DNA of 64,000 nt. Source: Anthoceros angustus. Its lineage: Eukaryota; Plantae; Anthocerotophyta. The position numbers and the translations under genes were made by a program. Of this stretch, positions 50,899 through 62,915 are shown one piece after another. The DNA lies in the NCBI GenBank assembly GCA_010909165.1, contig MU008158.1:1141478-1205477 (forward strand), written 5' to 3'. Under the pieces are notes generated by a model, which did not search any database, was not told where the DNA came from, and saw only the letters and a list, made by a program, of their open reading frames with translations. Every line of letters begins with the position of its first letter. Within the stretch, counting starts at the first letter, position 1.

Positions 50899-51757
50899 CC
50901 TGCAACTCAGCAGCATATGGCATGTCTCACTCTTCAATCCTTACACATTCTTTGTGCGCCTCATCGGGCCGATCAGGAGATTGACCTACCCTGCTTTTTG
51001 CGGAACTTCCACCTTATGTAACTGAATAGTCTTGCCAGGTGACAGGCCTCGTTCTTGCACTTGTAAGGTTGAAGGTCCCTACGCTCCAAGTAGTTAGGAA
51101 ATATTGCCTGCAGGAATCGAAGGCCCTCGGAGTTCCCTATGCAGCTACAGAGATTGAAGGCGTTGAGAATCCATTTCGCAGCTTGTCTATCCCCTTGGAA
51201 GAGCTGGGGCAGCTGTCAGCAGTAGTAGCATTTGATTTGTGCGGCAGGGGTAGCATTGAACTCAAGGGTGAATGCAGAACTTTACTTTCCCATGAAGCGT
51301 ACATTCCTCGATAAAGGAAGGGAAAAGTCTAGGAACTTTTTCATCTAATCTACCAAGTCGTTGTGACTCTCGGATGATGTTGTTGCTGCTAGTAGAAAAG
51401 TCGTTCTGACTCTCGGATGATGTTGTCGCTGCTTCTGGAATAAGTTAGCTTCGCTGTAGAGACGGAGGAAGGAATTGTCGAAGTTATCACGGCTTCCGCC
51501 CCGCCCTAGCAGCAGGAGTGCTTCTCTCTCCCGCCTCTCCCTGGTTTGCCGGATCTGCCCAGTGCCCACGTTGAAAGCCGCAGCTGCCACTTGCTCCGGG
51601 AGGCTGCGGTACACCGAGGACCTGCCTTCAAGCGCCTCAACAAATGGCCTGCACAATTTCACACACACACTTGTAAGCCCTGTGTGTGATGCCACACTTC
51701 CGACGCCACTTGTAAGCGAATATCACCAGGATGAAGACGTCGTCTTCAAAGGAGTAC

Positions 51758-52267
51758 CTGGAAAAAATGTAGAAGAGAAGCATCTGTTGGGTATCCTCCC
51801 ACATCCACAGGACTGAACCACCTAGGTGGACCACCGTCCGGCTTGATCAAATCGTGAACTTGAACCATGCAGTCTTTCATACTCAGGAGCTCTTTGGCCT
51901 CTTCTACTGTTTCTGCAAGTGCTCCACTTCCCCCCCTCGCCTCCAGCACAGACTACAATGATTGCCTATCACCACTCTTGTCATCTGGATTGCCAACCCT
52001 GGAACAGCTAGGATCTGTGGTCAAAACTGCTTGAACTGTCGCCAGGCTCTTTCTACTGCTGCGATCGGTGCCGGTGCCATGTTGAATAAAGGGATGGGTG
52101 GACCACTTGCTTATGTTCAACTGGGAAGGTAACTTCTGCCATGGATGGGCAGAACTTTCAGAACGCAGAACTTTACTGGAGCTGCAGTGAAGAAAAGTCT
52201 GCTGGTGACAGGTGCTATAGATGCCGGAGTGTTGGACAGAATAGATAGCAGCAGTATGGCTACCCAT
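51758..52267 (-). pseudogene. Truncated phytyl ester synthase (PES1/PES2-like acyltransferase) first exon
   Basis: Transit-peptide-like start, then LIKPDGGPPRWFSPVDVGGYPTDASLL. In-frame TAG at 51953-51955, apparent 1-nt deletion before the donor, and no downstream hydrolase or acyltransferase exons. Confidence 0.7.
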
Positions 52268-53665
52268 GTTTGCTGATCCGCACACACGGAGCTAGGAACC
52301 AGGCGCTCTGGCTTGTGGTTGCCAGGCTACATGAAATTAAGCTACCTGACTCAGTTCAGAGAATGCCGAGCTGAGCCTTGCAGATCAGTCCTGCACTGCA
52401 CAAAGAGCGATTCCAATTAGACCCATCACCGTAAAATCTTTCATGTCACACAAGATTGTGGACAGGGTGGCAGAAGAAGTGGTCAAACCCAGGTACAGGA
52501 TACAGGAGTCAGAATTCGTTCAGAAAGCTACTGGCAGGAAAGGTGATTACCTGAAATGCGTGAGCAAGGCCCCCCCGAGACAGCCCCAGAAACGATGCTC
52601 TGCCCCGCCTGCTATGTAAACATAACACTGTGTCCATCCATTCATGACATTGACAGAAGGATTGTGTAACGTTTGATGAGCCGTAAGCCTTGAGCAGACG
52701 GAGTGTGCGGCCGAAATGTCCGCAGTGTTGCCTCGACAATGGAACGGACTCCCGAGATTCGTATTCGGCTGAAACTCGCCTGCCGCCCGCTCCACAGTCT
52801 CCTGCTGATGGCGGAAGGCATCGTATGTTGGAGGCAGTTGTTATGGGTCTCACCTTCACCAATCAGGAGATAAGGGGTGTTGCTGCTTCGGGTCATCGCC
52901 TTGGATCTGGCGAGCTGAGGTTTCCTTCACGATCTTGTGGCTTGTCTGTCTCAATCCGTGAAGGTGAAAGCTTGTAGTAGCTCCCAGCAACTCCCGCGGG
53001 ATCTGGATATCGCGCTCGGCCAGGACCCTGCTGGCTCTGCAGAAGCTGCTCCCCTGCCTTTCGTCGATGTCCCACGCATCGGCCAGGAACTCTGGTCGGA
53101 ATCCCTGCGACACTCCTCCAAATTTCTTCTCCTCCCTGCGCCCTCTGCCGGCCAGGAAGAATGCCTGCAAGCGGGCACAGGACATTGAAGGCACCGAATT
53201 TCCCACTCAAGCCATCCGAAGCCTCTCTCGGCCACTCTCTTGCGCGGGGCTATGTAAGGGCGCGAAGGCTATATGAGGACAGAAATTCATGTGTACATAG
53301 GATCGTGGATATGTATTTCTACGCATTTTGTTTTCCACTTCGTTTGACAGTACGTTACAAAGAATTGCTCCTGCTGCAGCTTGGCTCTCGCCAAGCTGTC
53401 TTTGCTCCCGAAGAAGGCTACCTGATTCTGTCGAGTCGAGAGGCGGCAAGGTATGAAAGCGCTGACCGGGTGCGATCATCACAGCGATATGCGGAAGACG
53501 CGATCTTGCACGTTGCCCAGACTGCAAAGGAGGCCTAGGGCGTACTGACCTCTGCCTGTTGCAAGTTTGCTATGCTTGCTTTCACTTGAAGGACTTCAAG
53601 CGAAACCAAGATGCTTCAGCTTCCACGCCCCAGCAGACGGTGAGTCCCGCAACCTATCTCGTCGC

Positions 53666-54494
53666 CTACCACAGCCAGAACGTCACAAGCAAGGAAGCTC
53701 CGAAAGCCAAGCCTGCCGTGACAAGACAAGCCTGCTTTGCATCTGCACTATTGTTAGAGCCGGATCCGCCTGGTGAGCTGCTGCTGGAACCGGGATCGGA
53801 GCCGGAGCCGGGGCCGGGGCCCTGATTGGAGCCCCCGCCCGGCGGAGAGGACGTGCAGTCCGGCTGCACCACCACAACCAGCCAGGACGAAGAGGACGCT
53901 GCTCCCACCTTGGTAATCAGGCCGTTGGTAAGGGCGCCTCCACATAGCGAGGAGGCATTGACACCGGAAGTGTAGAAAGCCAGCAGCTGCGGCAGCGGGA
54001 TGACGCCGCCAGGGGTGCACACCGCGCACGCATCGTACGGGCAGCCGCTGGACGAGATCTGGCAGCCGGTGAAGTTGGTTGGGGACGGCAACTCCACAGG
54101 GTATGGCCCTGTGAGCGAATTACAGAGGGGGAAGCCGTAAGTGGCAACGTAATTCTGCGCCAGACACTCATCCCCCGCATCCTGTGACACAACCGGTAAG
54201 CCCTTCGACGTTCTGTAGAGGTTGATGCTGTTGAGGAAATCCGACTTCGTATCTACATCACAGGAAAGGCTGCACATTAGGAAAGGAAATACACATACTT
54301 CAACTGGAGCATGTGAACTGAAGGCAGCAGCACACAATCCCCTTTCCTCCCTCAACACTTGTAACCGACCCGATCTTGCAACAAAAGCACGCAAGGCAAG
54401 TTCTCAAGTTACCGGCCACAGAGAAGCTAGGGAGCAGGGTGGCCATGCAAACCACCAGGAGCAGCCACACAGTCCTCGATCGGGACGGTGCCAT
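53666..54494 (-). CDS. At3g06035-like GPI-anchored protein 2
   Basis: Signal exon MAPSRSRTVWLLLVVCMATLLPSFSVAG and intron, then SDFLNSINLYR..DECLA..SSWLVVVV, a Gly/Pro/Ser linker and a hydrophobic C-terminus. Confidence 0.78.
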
Positions 54495-55188
54495 GATTCG
54501 TTTGAGCAGCGGCGAGCAGCTAGCCCTGGAAGACGGCAAACTCGCACTCACTGGATGAACGGGAGCGCCAGAAAGGAAACGCGTCTGAATCCGCCAGATC
54601 TGGAGCTGGCTGTGGATAACCTGTGTGCCTACAGTATTATGGTGACTCGTGAGCACGATTAGTGCTCTCACACGAGCCTCACTGGGGAGCACCAACTTGC
54701 TCCTCTTCTGCGTGAGAACCACCTACACCTCGCCCGAGAAAAAGCACCGCCGATGGCTGCTGACGTGGTACAGCGCACCACACTTCATATTTCGTTCGCA
54801 AAAATCCTTCAATAGTAACTCCATGGATCCCCCCATGTAAGAGTCGACGGTCACCCCGTCTTTTGAGGACCACAAAGGCAACCATGCAACCGTGCCCTGT
54901 AGAAGTGAATCAGATACTACCGTTACATACTTGCAGGGAAGGGCATACTTTTCTCTTTCTAGCAACAAACTGTACATACTTGCAGGGGAAAGGCTTACTT
55001 ATCTCTTTTCCACCAGCTGTGTTACATATATGTACTGCATGGGAGGACATTTTTACCTCTTTCCAGCACTATACGTGTATGTTAAGGACTGTTAGTTAGC
55101 ACCACCGCACCTCTCGGAATGAAAATTAAGAATCTATTATATATGTCAGTACTATGAAGGTATGTGACAAAACCTAACCTTCCATGCC

Positions 55189-55392
55189 GTTGTTGTCAGC
55201 TTTGTCGACTTCTGCGACATTACACTCAACATCATAACGCAGTATGGAGACTACGGATTTAAGAAGCCGCTGAAGGCGTGTTGTGGCTCGTCCACAACCC
55301 TCTATGGCTACAACTACGATCCAAACGTTCCATGTGGAATGCCTGGGGCAAATTTTTATGTGTGCGAAAAGCCTTCAGAGTATATCAACTAA
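55189..55392 (+). pseudogene. GDSL esterase/lipase C-terminal fragment
   Basis: VDFCDITLNIITQYGDYGFKKPLKACCG..YNYDPNVPCGMPG..VCEKPSEYIN*. It stops where the WDG.H catalytic block should begin, and no upstream GDSL exons were seen. Confidence 0.75.
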
Positions 55393-55549
55393 TTGTGAAG
55401 ACAATATTCGATTATATGCATAGCATGGCGGCTTCTAGGGGGCCAACTGCCGGTTTGTGTCGTCTTGCGATGTGGTCCTGGTATCCGAGTGCTTTGGAAA
55501 GCTTTGCTTCCAACCAAGATTTCTCCATTGCATTGACCTCTCTAGCCTA

Positions 55550-56650
55550 GTGGATGCTCCTATTCCAAGTTTCAGAATCTTGTTGTGTCAAAATCACCAG
55601 GCTCGAAGGTCGTGGCGGTGGGGCCAGTGAACCGGCTTCGTGTTTAAGGTTTTGTTGGGTCTTCCGTGTTTAGGGTTATGCGGCAGCGGCTTTAGGGTTT
55701 TCAGGCAGGGTTGGAGTTTTGCACTAGCAGGGCTTGACTTATCGGTTTTAGCAAGCTTTGGCGGGGCTATCATGTTTCGGCCAGCTACGAGCTTGTAGCG
55801 TTTATGTTCAAGATTTCGAGAGCGAAGGTCTGCGTGGTGGGTTGTCAAGTGTTTTGCCGGTTGCAGCCCCTCTGAGCAGGGGCCTTTAGCTAGCCTACTA
55901 GGGCTTGCCATACGGAACGTACACTCCGTATAAATGATGGGGTAGCTTTGTCCTTGGCACCTGGTGCCCCCTCACCCCTGACACCCTCGGGCAATCGTCC
56001 ACAAGTTGTTCCCTGAATCGTGCCATTCTCTTTTGTTCCTGCCCTCTCCCCTATGGTGCAGTCCACTCCTTCAGTGGCAGTCAAGGACACCCCCTGTCCA
56101 GTCTGCACTTAGCAATGCTCTGAGGTCAAGGGGGTGAAATGTCACATTGAGCACAAACACAAGGACTTCAACCAAACCACTTGGGAGGCTCAGGTAAGGT
56201 TGGCTTCTTCCAGTGGGGCTATATATCTGGCTCCGAGTTTGGATGCTCCCCTCAACCCACCCCAAGAGTCTTGGCAATGGTTGCAATTGCAATTGGATCA
56301 TCTTTTCACCCTGTTCCAAGCACACTTTCCAGACCCTATCTTTTTCAACATCTCCCGAGGCGCCTGCATAATGACAATCGTCATGGCTACCGGCTTCCTC
56401 TGGATCGCCTAGCGTTGGACTCTGGGGACGAGGTAGTTTGGACTCTGTTCCTTTTTCTCCTCTGGTGGTGTCTTCGTGCTCTAGGGGTGGTTCTTCCGGC
56501 CATAGGGAGGTAGCGTCTCGTCTCCGTTGGTTCTAGGCTTTGCAGAAGGGGGCGGGGTGGAGGGGGGGCGTAGTGAGATCCAGGCTGGAGGCTGTCAAGG
56601 TGGATCGGGTTCGTCAGGACCCCGCCGCGGCTCAGGAGGTGTTTCTTGCT
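55550..56650 (-). mobile_element. Possible highly degenerate CRE-like non-LTR remnant (repeated at ~57210-58240 and inverted at ~3780-4520)
   Basis: Weak minus-strand motifs: QLQLQ.LPRLLG..AGYIA, NNLWTIAR, EHKRYKL..PPKLAKT. Confidence 0.3.
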
Positions 56651-56793
56651 AGGCAGTGCTGGAGAATACGCCAGGGCTGTCCGAGCACTTCACCCGGAGC
56701 CAGTGGATTAGAGTCTCTAACTAACAAGCCTTGACTGTTAGTTAACACCATTGCACCTCTTCGAATGAAAATTAAAGAATCTATTATGCATAT

Positions 56794-56870
56794 CACTACT
56801 AGAAAAAGGGTTCCTTTACCATGCATGTTATAATGCATTTTACAACGTTGCATTGTAAAATGAGGGCTTT
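56794..56870 (+). mobile_element. CACTA/EnSpm left terminus (duplicated copy)
   Basis: CACTACTAGAAAAA followed by short subterminal TTTTACAACG/GTAAAA motifs. Confidence 0.7.
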
Positions 56871-58371
56871 CAGTCATCCTCCAGACCCTCCATCTCCAAG
56901 TTCACAAGAGCGGCTCCGCTCTTGTTCTAAGAAGGGCGCAAGTGCTTGGCTCGCCCACAACCCTCTATGGCTACAACTACGATCCAAACGTTCCATGGAA
57001 TGCCCGGGCAAATTTTTATGTGCGAAAAGCCTTCAGAGTATATCAACTAATTGTGAAGACAATATTCGATTATATGCATAGCATGGCGGCTTCTAGGGGG
57101 CCAACTGCCGGTTTGTGTCGTCTTGCGATGTGGTCCTGGTATCCGAGTGCTTTGGAAAGCTTTGCTTCCAACCAAGATTTCTCCATTGCATTGACCTCTC
57201 TAGCCTAGTGGATGCTCCTATTCCAAGTTTCAGAATCTTGTTGTGTCAAAATCACCAGGGCTCGAAAGGTCGTGGCGGTGGGGCCCGGCGGTGAACCGGC
57301 TTCGTGTTTAAGGTTTTGCGGGTCTTCCGTGTTTAGGGTTGCGCGGCAAAGCTGGTTGGAGTTTTGCACTAGCGGTGGCTTGACTTATCGGTTTTAGCAA
57401 GCTTTGGCGGGGCTATCATGTTTGCCCACGAGCTTGTGGCGTTTATGTTCAAGATTTCAGAGCGAAGGTCCTGCGTGGTGGGTTGTCAAGTGTTTTGCTT
57501 ATGGGCCCTCCGAGGGGGCCTTTAGCTAGCCTACTAGGGCTTGCCATACTGAACGCATAATTCCGTATAAATGATGGGGTAGCTTTGTCCTTGGCACTGT
57601 GCCCCTCACCCCGACACCCTCGGGCAATCGTCCACAAGTTGTTCCAGATCGTGCCATTCTCTTTTGTTCCCGCCTCCCTATGGTGCGCCCACTCCTTGAT
57701 GGCGGTCAGGACACCCCGTCTGGGCACCGCATTAGCAATGCTCCGAGGTCAAGGGGTGAAATGTCACATTGAGCACAAACACAAGGACTTCAACCAAACC
57801 ACTTGGGAGGCTGTAAGGTTGGCTTCTTCCAAAGGGGGCTATATATCCGGCTCGAGTTTGATGCTCCCTCAACCCACCCCAAGAGTCTTGGCAATGGTTG
57901 CAATTGCAATTGGATCATCTTTTCACCTGCTCCAAGCACACTTTCCAGACCCTATCTTTTCAACATCTCCAGGCGCTGCAATGACAATCGTCATGGCTAC
58001 CGGCTTCCTCGATCGCCTAGCGTTGGACTCGGGGACGAGGTAGTTTGGACTCGTTCCTTTTCTCCTCCGTGGTGTCTTCGTGCTCTAGGGGTGGTTCTTC
58101 CATAGGGAGGTAGCGTCTCGTCTCCGTTGGTTCTAGGCTTCATAGCGGAGGGGGGCGAGTGAGATCCAGTGCCGAGGCCGCCAAGGTGGATCGGGTTCGT
58201 GACCCGCGCTCGTGAGGTGTTTCTTGCTAGGCAGTGCTGGAGAATACGCCAGGGCTGTCCGAGCACTTCACCCGGAGCCAGTGGATTAGAGTCTCTAACT
58301 AACAAGCCTTGACTGTTAGTTAACACCATTGCACCTCTTCGAATGAAAATTAAAGAATCTATTATGCATAT

Positions 58372-58445
58372 CACTACTAGAAAAAGGGTTCCTTTACCAT
58401 GCATGTTATAATGCATTTTACAACGTTGCATTGTAAAATGAGGGC
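58372..58445 (+). mobile_element. CACTA/EnSpm left terminus
   Basis: CACTACTAGAAAAAGGG. Interrupts a sequence that continues without interruption at ~55090-55140. Confidence 0.7.
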
Positions 58446-58614
58446 CAACTTTCGCCTCTGCCTCCAGACCCTCCATCTCCAAGTTCACAAGAGCGGCTCG
58501 CTCTTGTTCTAAGAAGGGCGCAAGTGCTTGGCTACTGGCCCGCCCATGCATACGAGGTTTTCACATAGCACCAACCAACTTCAGTACTGCGATGCGATTC
58601 CGTCTTGGCCTGCT

Positions 58615-59450
58615 CCGGCCTGTAGCTTCTTCGCTCCTTACTTGCGAGTGCGGCTCTGCCCTCGATGATTCTGGGGTACACCTTGCTCGTTGCCCCCATA
58701 GGGCTCATCACATTGCCACTCACGACGCCATCCGCGATGTCATGTTCGCCATTGCTCGCAAAAGCGGCTACATGGCCTGGAGGGAGCGGACGTATACTCT
58801 CCGTACATGTCGTTTAATCAAGGTGACTGTTTCTTGTCCGCGTACTGGCAGGTGGTGATGGTGGTTACCGATCCTACACGTGACACCAAACACCGTCTGT
58901 GTAGAAAGTTTTTCTCCTGTCAAAAGGGGTTTTGGTAAAAATCCCAACCCTATTTCGACGAAAACTCAAGTTGGTTTGGTTTTGTTGTTTTGTAGGTGTT
59001 CATCCATCGGTTTCTAGCATTCTCAGCTCGGCCACTTCTTCGCTCCTTACTTGCGAGTGCGGCTCTGCCCTCGATGATTCTGGGGTACACCTTGCTCGTT
59101 GCCCCCATAGGGCTCATCACATTGCCACTCACGACGCCATCCGCGATGTCATGTTCGCCATTGCTCGCAAAAGCGGCTACATGGCCTGGAGGGAGCGGAC
59201 GTATACTCTCCGTACATGTCGTTTAATCAAGGCTGACCTGTTTCTTGTCCGTTGCGACCAGGTTTTGGTGGCGGATGTGGTGGTTACCGATCCTACACGT
59301 GACACCAAACACCGTCTGTGTAGAAAGTTTTTCTCCTGTCAAAAGGGGTTTTGGTAAAAATCCCAACCCTATTTCGCCGAAAACTCAAGTTGGTTTGGTT
59401 TTTGTTGTTTTTTGTAGGTGTTCATCCATCGGTTTCTAGCATTCTCAGCT
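58615..59450. repeat. ~415-bp direct duplication spanning the CRE/TIR-element junction
   Basis: 58615-59030 is repeated at ~59031-59450, with junction microhomology GCTC(C)GGCC. Confidence 0.85.
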
Positions 59451-60776
59451 CCAGTGCCACTTTCTGTCAAGTCATTTACACCGAGCTGGCGCTTTCTAAT
59501 CAGATTCATGGCGATTTAGTCGGCGTGATGAAGGGTCAGTGACCTCATTGTTCCATAATTTCGTCATGTCCATAGTTTCTGCATTTTGTGTGGTTCTCTA
59601 TGTTTTTGTATTTCAAGGGGGCCTTGTGCGTACCTGGTACAACGCTATGCGCAAACTTGTGCGCGCATTGTGCAGAAAACGCGAAAAATGATCTTCTAAT
59701 GGGGAAACATGTCCTTTTAGAGGTCTGAGGATGTGCCGGAACTCCCAACGAAATAACAAGTAGCAGACATTGACGGAGGTTCACCTAGACCGCTCTCATA
59801 TATCTATCATATACCCTAATGCGACAAAGAACACCCTATCCCCTTTTTATCCTTTAAGGTGTTTCCGTCTCTTTCGGCGGTGACCTAGTACCGGGTTATA
59901 ATCAAACATGCTAGGGGGGCCCAACTAGGTGAACAAGTGCATGCACTAGGGGGCAAGGAGGCCCAGGTGCGCGCACAAGTGCACGCACCCAAGGTAAAGA
60001 AGGGCCTAAGAGCATGAACCCATATGGTTCATGCCTCCTAGAGCATTCCCAGACGGTTCATCCAAAGAAAAAAAAGAGCAAAAAATTCTAAAAAATCCCA
60101 AAAAAATCCAATTTTTTGAGGCAAGTGGGTGCCCTAAAATTTTGACTTTTTTGATTTTTTTTTTGGTATTTTTTAATATTTTTGTTATTTTAAAGGGTTC
60201 CTTTCGACGTTTTCAACCTTTTTTGTGCACCTCCCTAATGTGGATAAGTTCTTATCTTTACTTAGCCCTCATCTTTTTTCTAGTAGTTAAAACTTTGAAC
60301 TAGTAGTGAGAACCTTTTACATCTTTTGAATCTTGAGAAGTTTGGCGTGGGCCGAGCTCTAATTGCAGACCATGCTACTCTCATTCTCGCACTGCATGCG
60401 GATCAAGAGCATCAGGTCAACGAAGATATTATTGTCCCAATGTCTAAGAAACAGAGTCCTATAAAATTCCCAAAGCAAGAGTATAGTCTTAGGATTGACT
60501 AGTATGAATGAAAGGTTGGTGCGCAAACAAGTTTGTGCACCAGAATTACAGCAAGCCCTAAAAACTCTAAATGTTTGTATATGTGCCGGTTTGTGAGAAT
60601 GACCCAGAATTGGATAAAGTTTAAAATCAAATGCGTTTGTGCACGCGTAAACACGACCTAAACTCTTCAAAACGGCCGTTTTTAATGCAGAATTTTTAGC
60701 ATGCAATTTGGGGTTTGCGGAAGTCCGTGTGCAAAAAGGGGTGACTGGAGAAACCCCTTTCTGCTCAAACGCTGTT
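59308..60776. mobile_element. Unclassified non-autonomous TIR element (1469 bp), 4-bp TSD ACCA
   Basis: Left end AACACCGTCTGTGTAGAAAG vs reverse complement of right end AACAGCGTTTGAGCAGAAAG (16/20), with further similarity (TTTCTCC.GTCA). ACCA at 59304-59307 and 60777-60780. Excision restores the CRE frame. Confidence 0.8.
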
Positions 60777-61150
60777 ACCATCTCCGCTCAGGTCATCGCT
60801 AACCGTCAAGGTTGGGCTGCTGCCGGAGCAGCGGCTCTCAAGGCCTGCAAATATAGCAGGATGCAAGCGGGCTACCTCTTTATTCCGCTTGCACTACAAA
60901 CGTATGGGGCAATGGCCGAAGACTTTGATAAATTTGTCAAGTCCTGTGCCAAAGCTTACCATGCGCGACCAGTGCGGGGTTGTCCTCTCGTATTTCACAA
61001 AGATACTTCTAACGGGTTTCAATTGCCTTCAACAGCGCTCTCAGCGGCGATCCTCCACAAGGCGGCGACAGTAGGTGACGCATCTTCCTCCACCTCCGTG
61101 GTTTGCAGGTCGTTTATTCTTCCTGCATATGAAATTGTGGGTGCTTAGGT

Positions 61151-62915
61151 TGTAAGGGTATTAAAGCCCAATGTACTTAGACTAATACACTTAGTCTAAG
61201 TTAGGTGTCAGTTAAGTATCATTAGTTTAGCTTAAGCTAATCACTAGGAAGCTTCTTGTTCTTCTTCCTTGTGGCTTCTTGTGGAGCTTCCTAGGGAGCC
61301 CTGTTGGAGGGTATAAATACCCTCCAAAGCCTCATCTCAATGTGAGAGAGTTACTCTTGCCTCCTCCTCTCCTCTCCTCTTTCCACCATCATGGGCTGCC
61401 ACACGATCCTTCAACTGGTATCAGAGCGAGTGCGAGAGAGTGCGAGAAGTTCAAAAAGGACCAAGGAAAAGAGAAGAAGCAGGACGACAAGAAGGCGACT
61501 TCGAATGTCAGGTTGGAAGAGTTAAATTCTGTTGAGGACGGAGATGTCCTTATCTCTTCTTACTTGAATGTCGCATAATTAATGTACCGTGATAGTCATT
61601 TATTCGCAATTGGATATTAATTGATTCCGTGCATCTTTCCATGTTACTCCTCATAGAGAGTGGTTTAGCACGTATGATGCTACAAGGAAAGGATGCGTTA
61701 GGCGTAGGTGATGTGCAGCTCAAGTTTGACAACGGATCTTCATTCATGCTGAAGGACGTTAGGCATGTTCCGAAGTTGACAAAAAGCATGATTAGCGCAG
61801 GACAGTTGGATGATGCTGGTTACCACTGCTGGTTTGGGGATCACTCTTGGAAGATCTCCAAAGGTTCTCTTGTGTTAGCTCGTGGATCGAAGTGTGGCAC
61901 TTTGTACTCACTTCAGGTAAACACTGTCAAAGATCATGTGATCTGTGCAGAGCACCAAATGTTTCCTTGTGGCATTGCGGTTAGGACATATGTCTCAAGG
62001 GAATGAAGGTTTTATCTCGCTCGTTATATCCTCGTTTAACTTCTCCGATCTCTCGATGTGTGAGCACTGCTTATATGGGAAATGTATAAAATCATCACAT
62101 CGAACAAGAGGAAAAAGGTAGGAGTAAACCTCTTGAGTTGGTTCACGTGATGTATGTGGACCTATGCTCATCGCATCATTAGGCGGTGCCTCCTATTTTG
62201 TCACTTATAGATGATTTCTCACGCAAGGTGTGGGTTTATCCTTTGAGGAAAAAGGATGAAGTTCGACGTGTTTCGTAAATTTGTCACCCTTGTAGAGAAT
62301 CACCGCCACCGATTGAAGTGTCTAAGGACGTATAATGGTGGAGAGTATGTTTCAAAGCTTTCAGCCATTCCGTGATTCCAAGGAATCAAAAGAGAATTGA
62401 TCGCCAGATACTCCTCCACAAAATGGTGTGCCGAGCGGATGAATGTAACCATTCGAGAGGATGCGAGTTTGTTGTCAAACTCGATTGCCTAATGGGTTTT
62501 GGGCGTATGGTTCATCGCAGCTTCATCTTATTAATGATCTCCTAATAAAATTTGTTGATGGCGAGTTCGAGGAGCTATGGTCCGAAAGAAACCATCCTAC
62601 AAGCATCCGCGAGTGTTTGGTGAGGCATACCGCCATGTTCCAAAAGAGTTTCGACAAGTTGGCACCTAAGTCCAAGAAATGTATTTTTCTTGGCTATGGT
62701 GATTCCGTGAGATGGGATACCGCTTTGTGGGATCCAAGCTAGAAAGGTTGTTCAGATTAACGACGTGTTCTTCAATGAGAACAAGATGCACAGGAAGCCT
62801 ACTCCAATTGTGGAGGTGCGAAGGGTGATCTTCCAAGAAGATGGACACGATCATCATGGGCGGTTGATAATCGTGGTAATGTGCAGAGCACATTCCTCCA
62901 CCGGTAGATGAACCA
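61151..62915 (+). mobile_element. Copia element C remnant: 5' LTR 61151-61413, PBS, internally deleted gag, protease and integrase fragments
   Basis: TGTAAG...CA LTR, PBS TGGTATCAGAGC at 61416-61427, SFHVTPHREWF, LKDVRHVPKLTKSMISAGQLDDAGY, DKLAPKSKKCIFLGYG. Confidence 0.85.

Larger units (their letters stand above)
55284..58530. repeat. ~1.65-kb direct tandem duplication (55284-56950 and 56951-58530)
   Basis: The units align with indels. The junction at ~56946-56956 falls on TGGCTCG(C)CCA microhomology. Confidence 0.85.
58446..61148 (+). mobile_element. 5'-truncated CRE-clade non-LTR retrotransposon (zinc finger + restriction-like endonuclease tail), split by an insertion at 59308-60776
   Basis: KKGASAWLLARP..FSTAMRFRLGL..CECGSALDDSGVHLARC..THDAIRDV..RE..ADVVVTDPTRD|TISAQ..WAAAGAAALKACKY..FIPLALQTYG. 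Confidence 0.8.

Noticed and set aside
51300-53300. Helitron carrying the PES fragment
   Set aside because: No convincing TC start or hairpin-CTRR end at an A|T site.
52500-53540. Overlapping ORFs on both strands as a gene
   Set aside because: I could not build a consistent spliced model or recognise a domain; this needs RNA-seq.
54900-55000. ATACTTGCAGGG(G)AA twice, resembling the U1 snRNA 5' end
   Set aside because: It diverges right after ATACTT (U1 is ATACTTACCTGG) and there is no Sm site or USE.
60275-60308. TTTTTCTAGTAGT / CTAGTAGTG as the right end of the CACTA at 58372
   Set aside because: The flanks do not match the expected TAT TSD, and the site lies inside the well-bounded 59308-60776 insertion.
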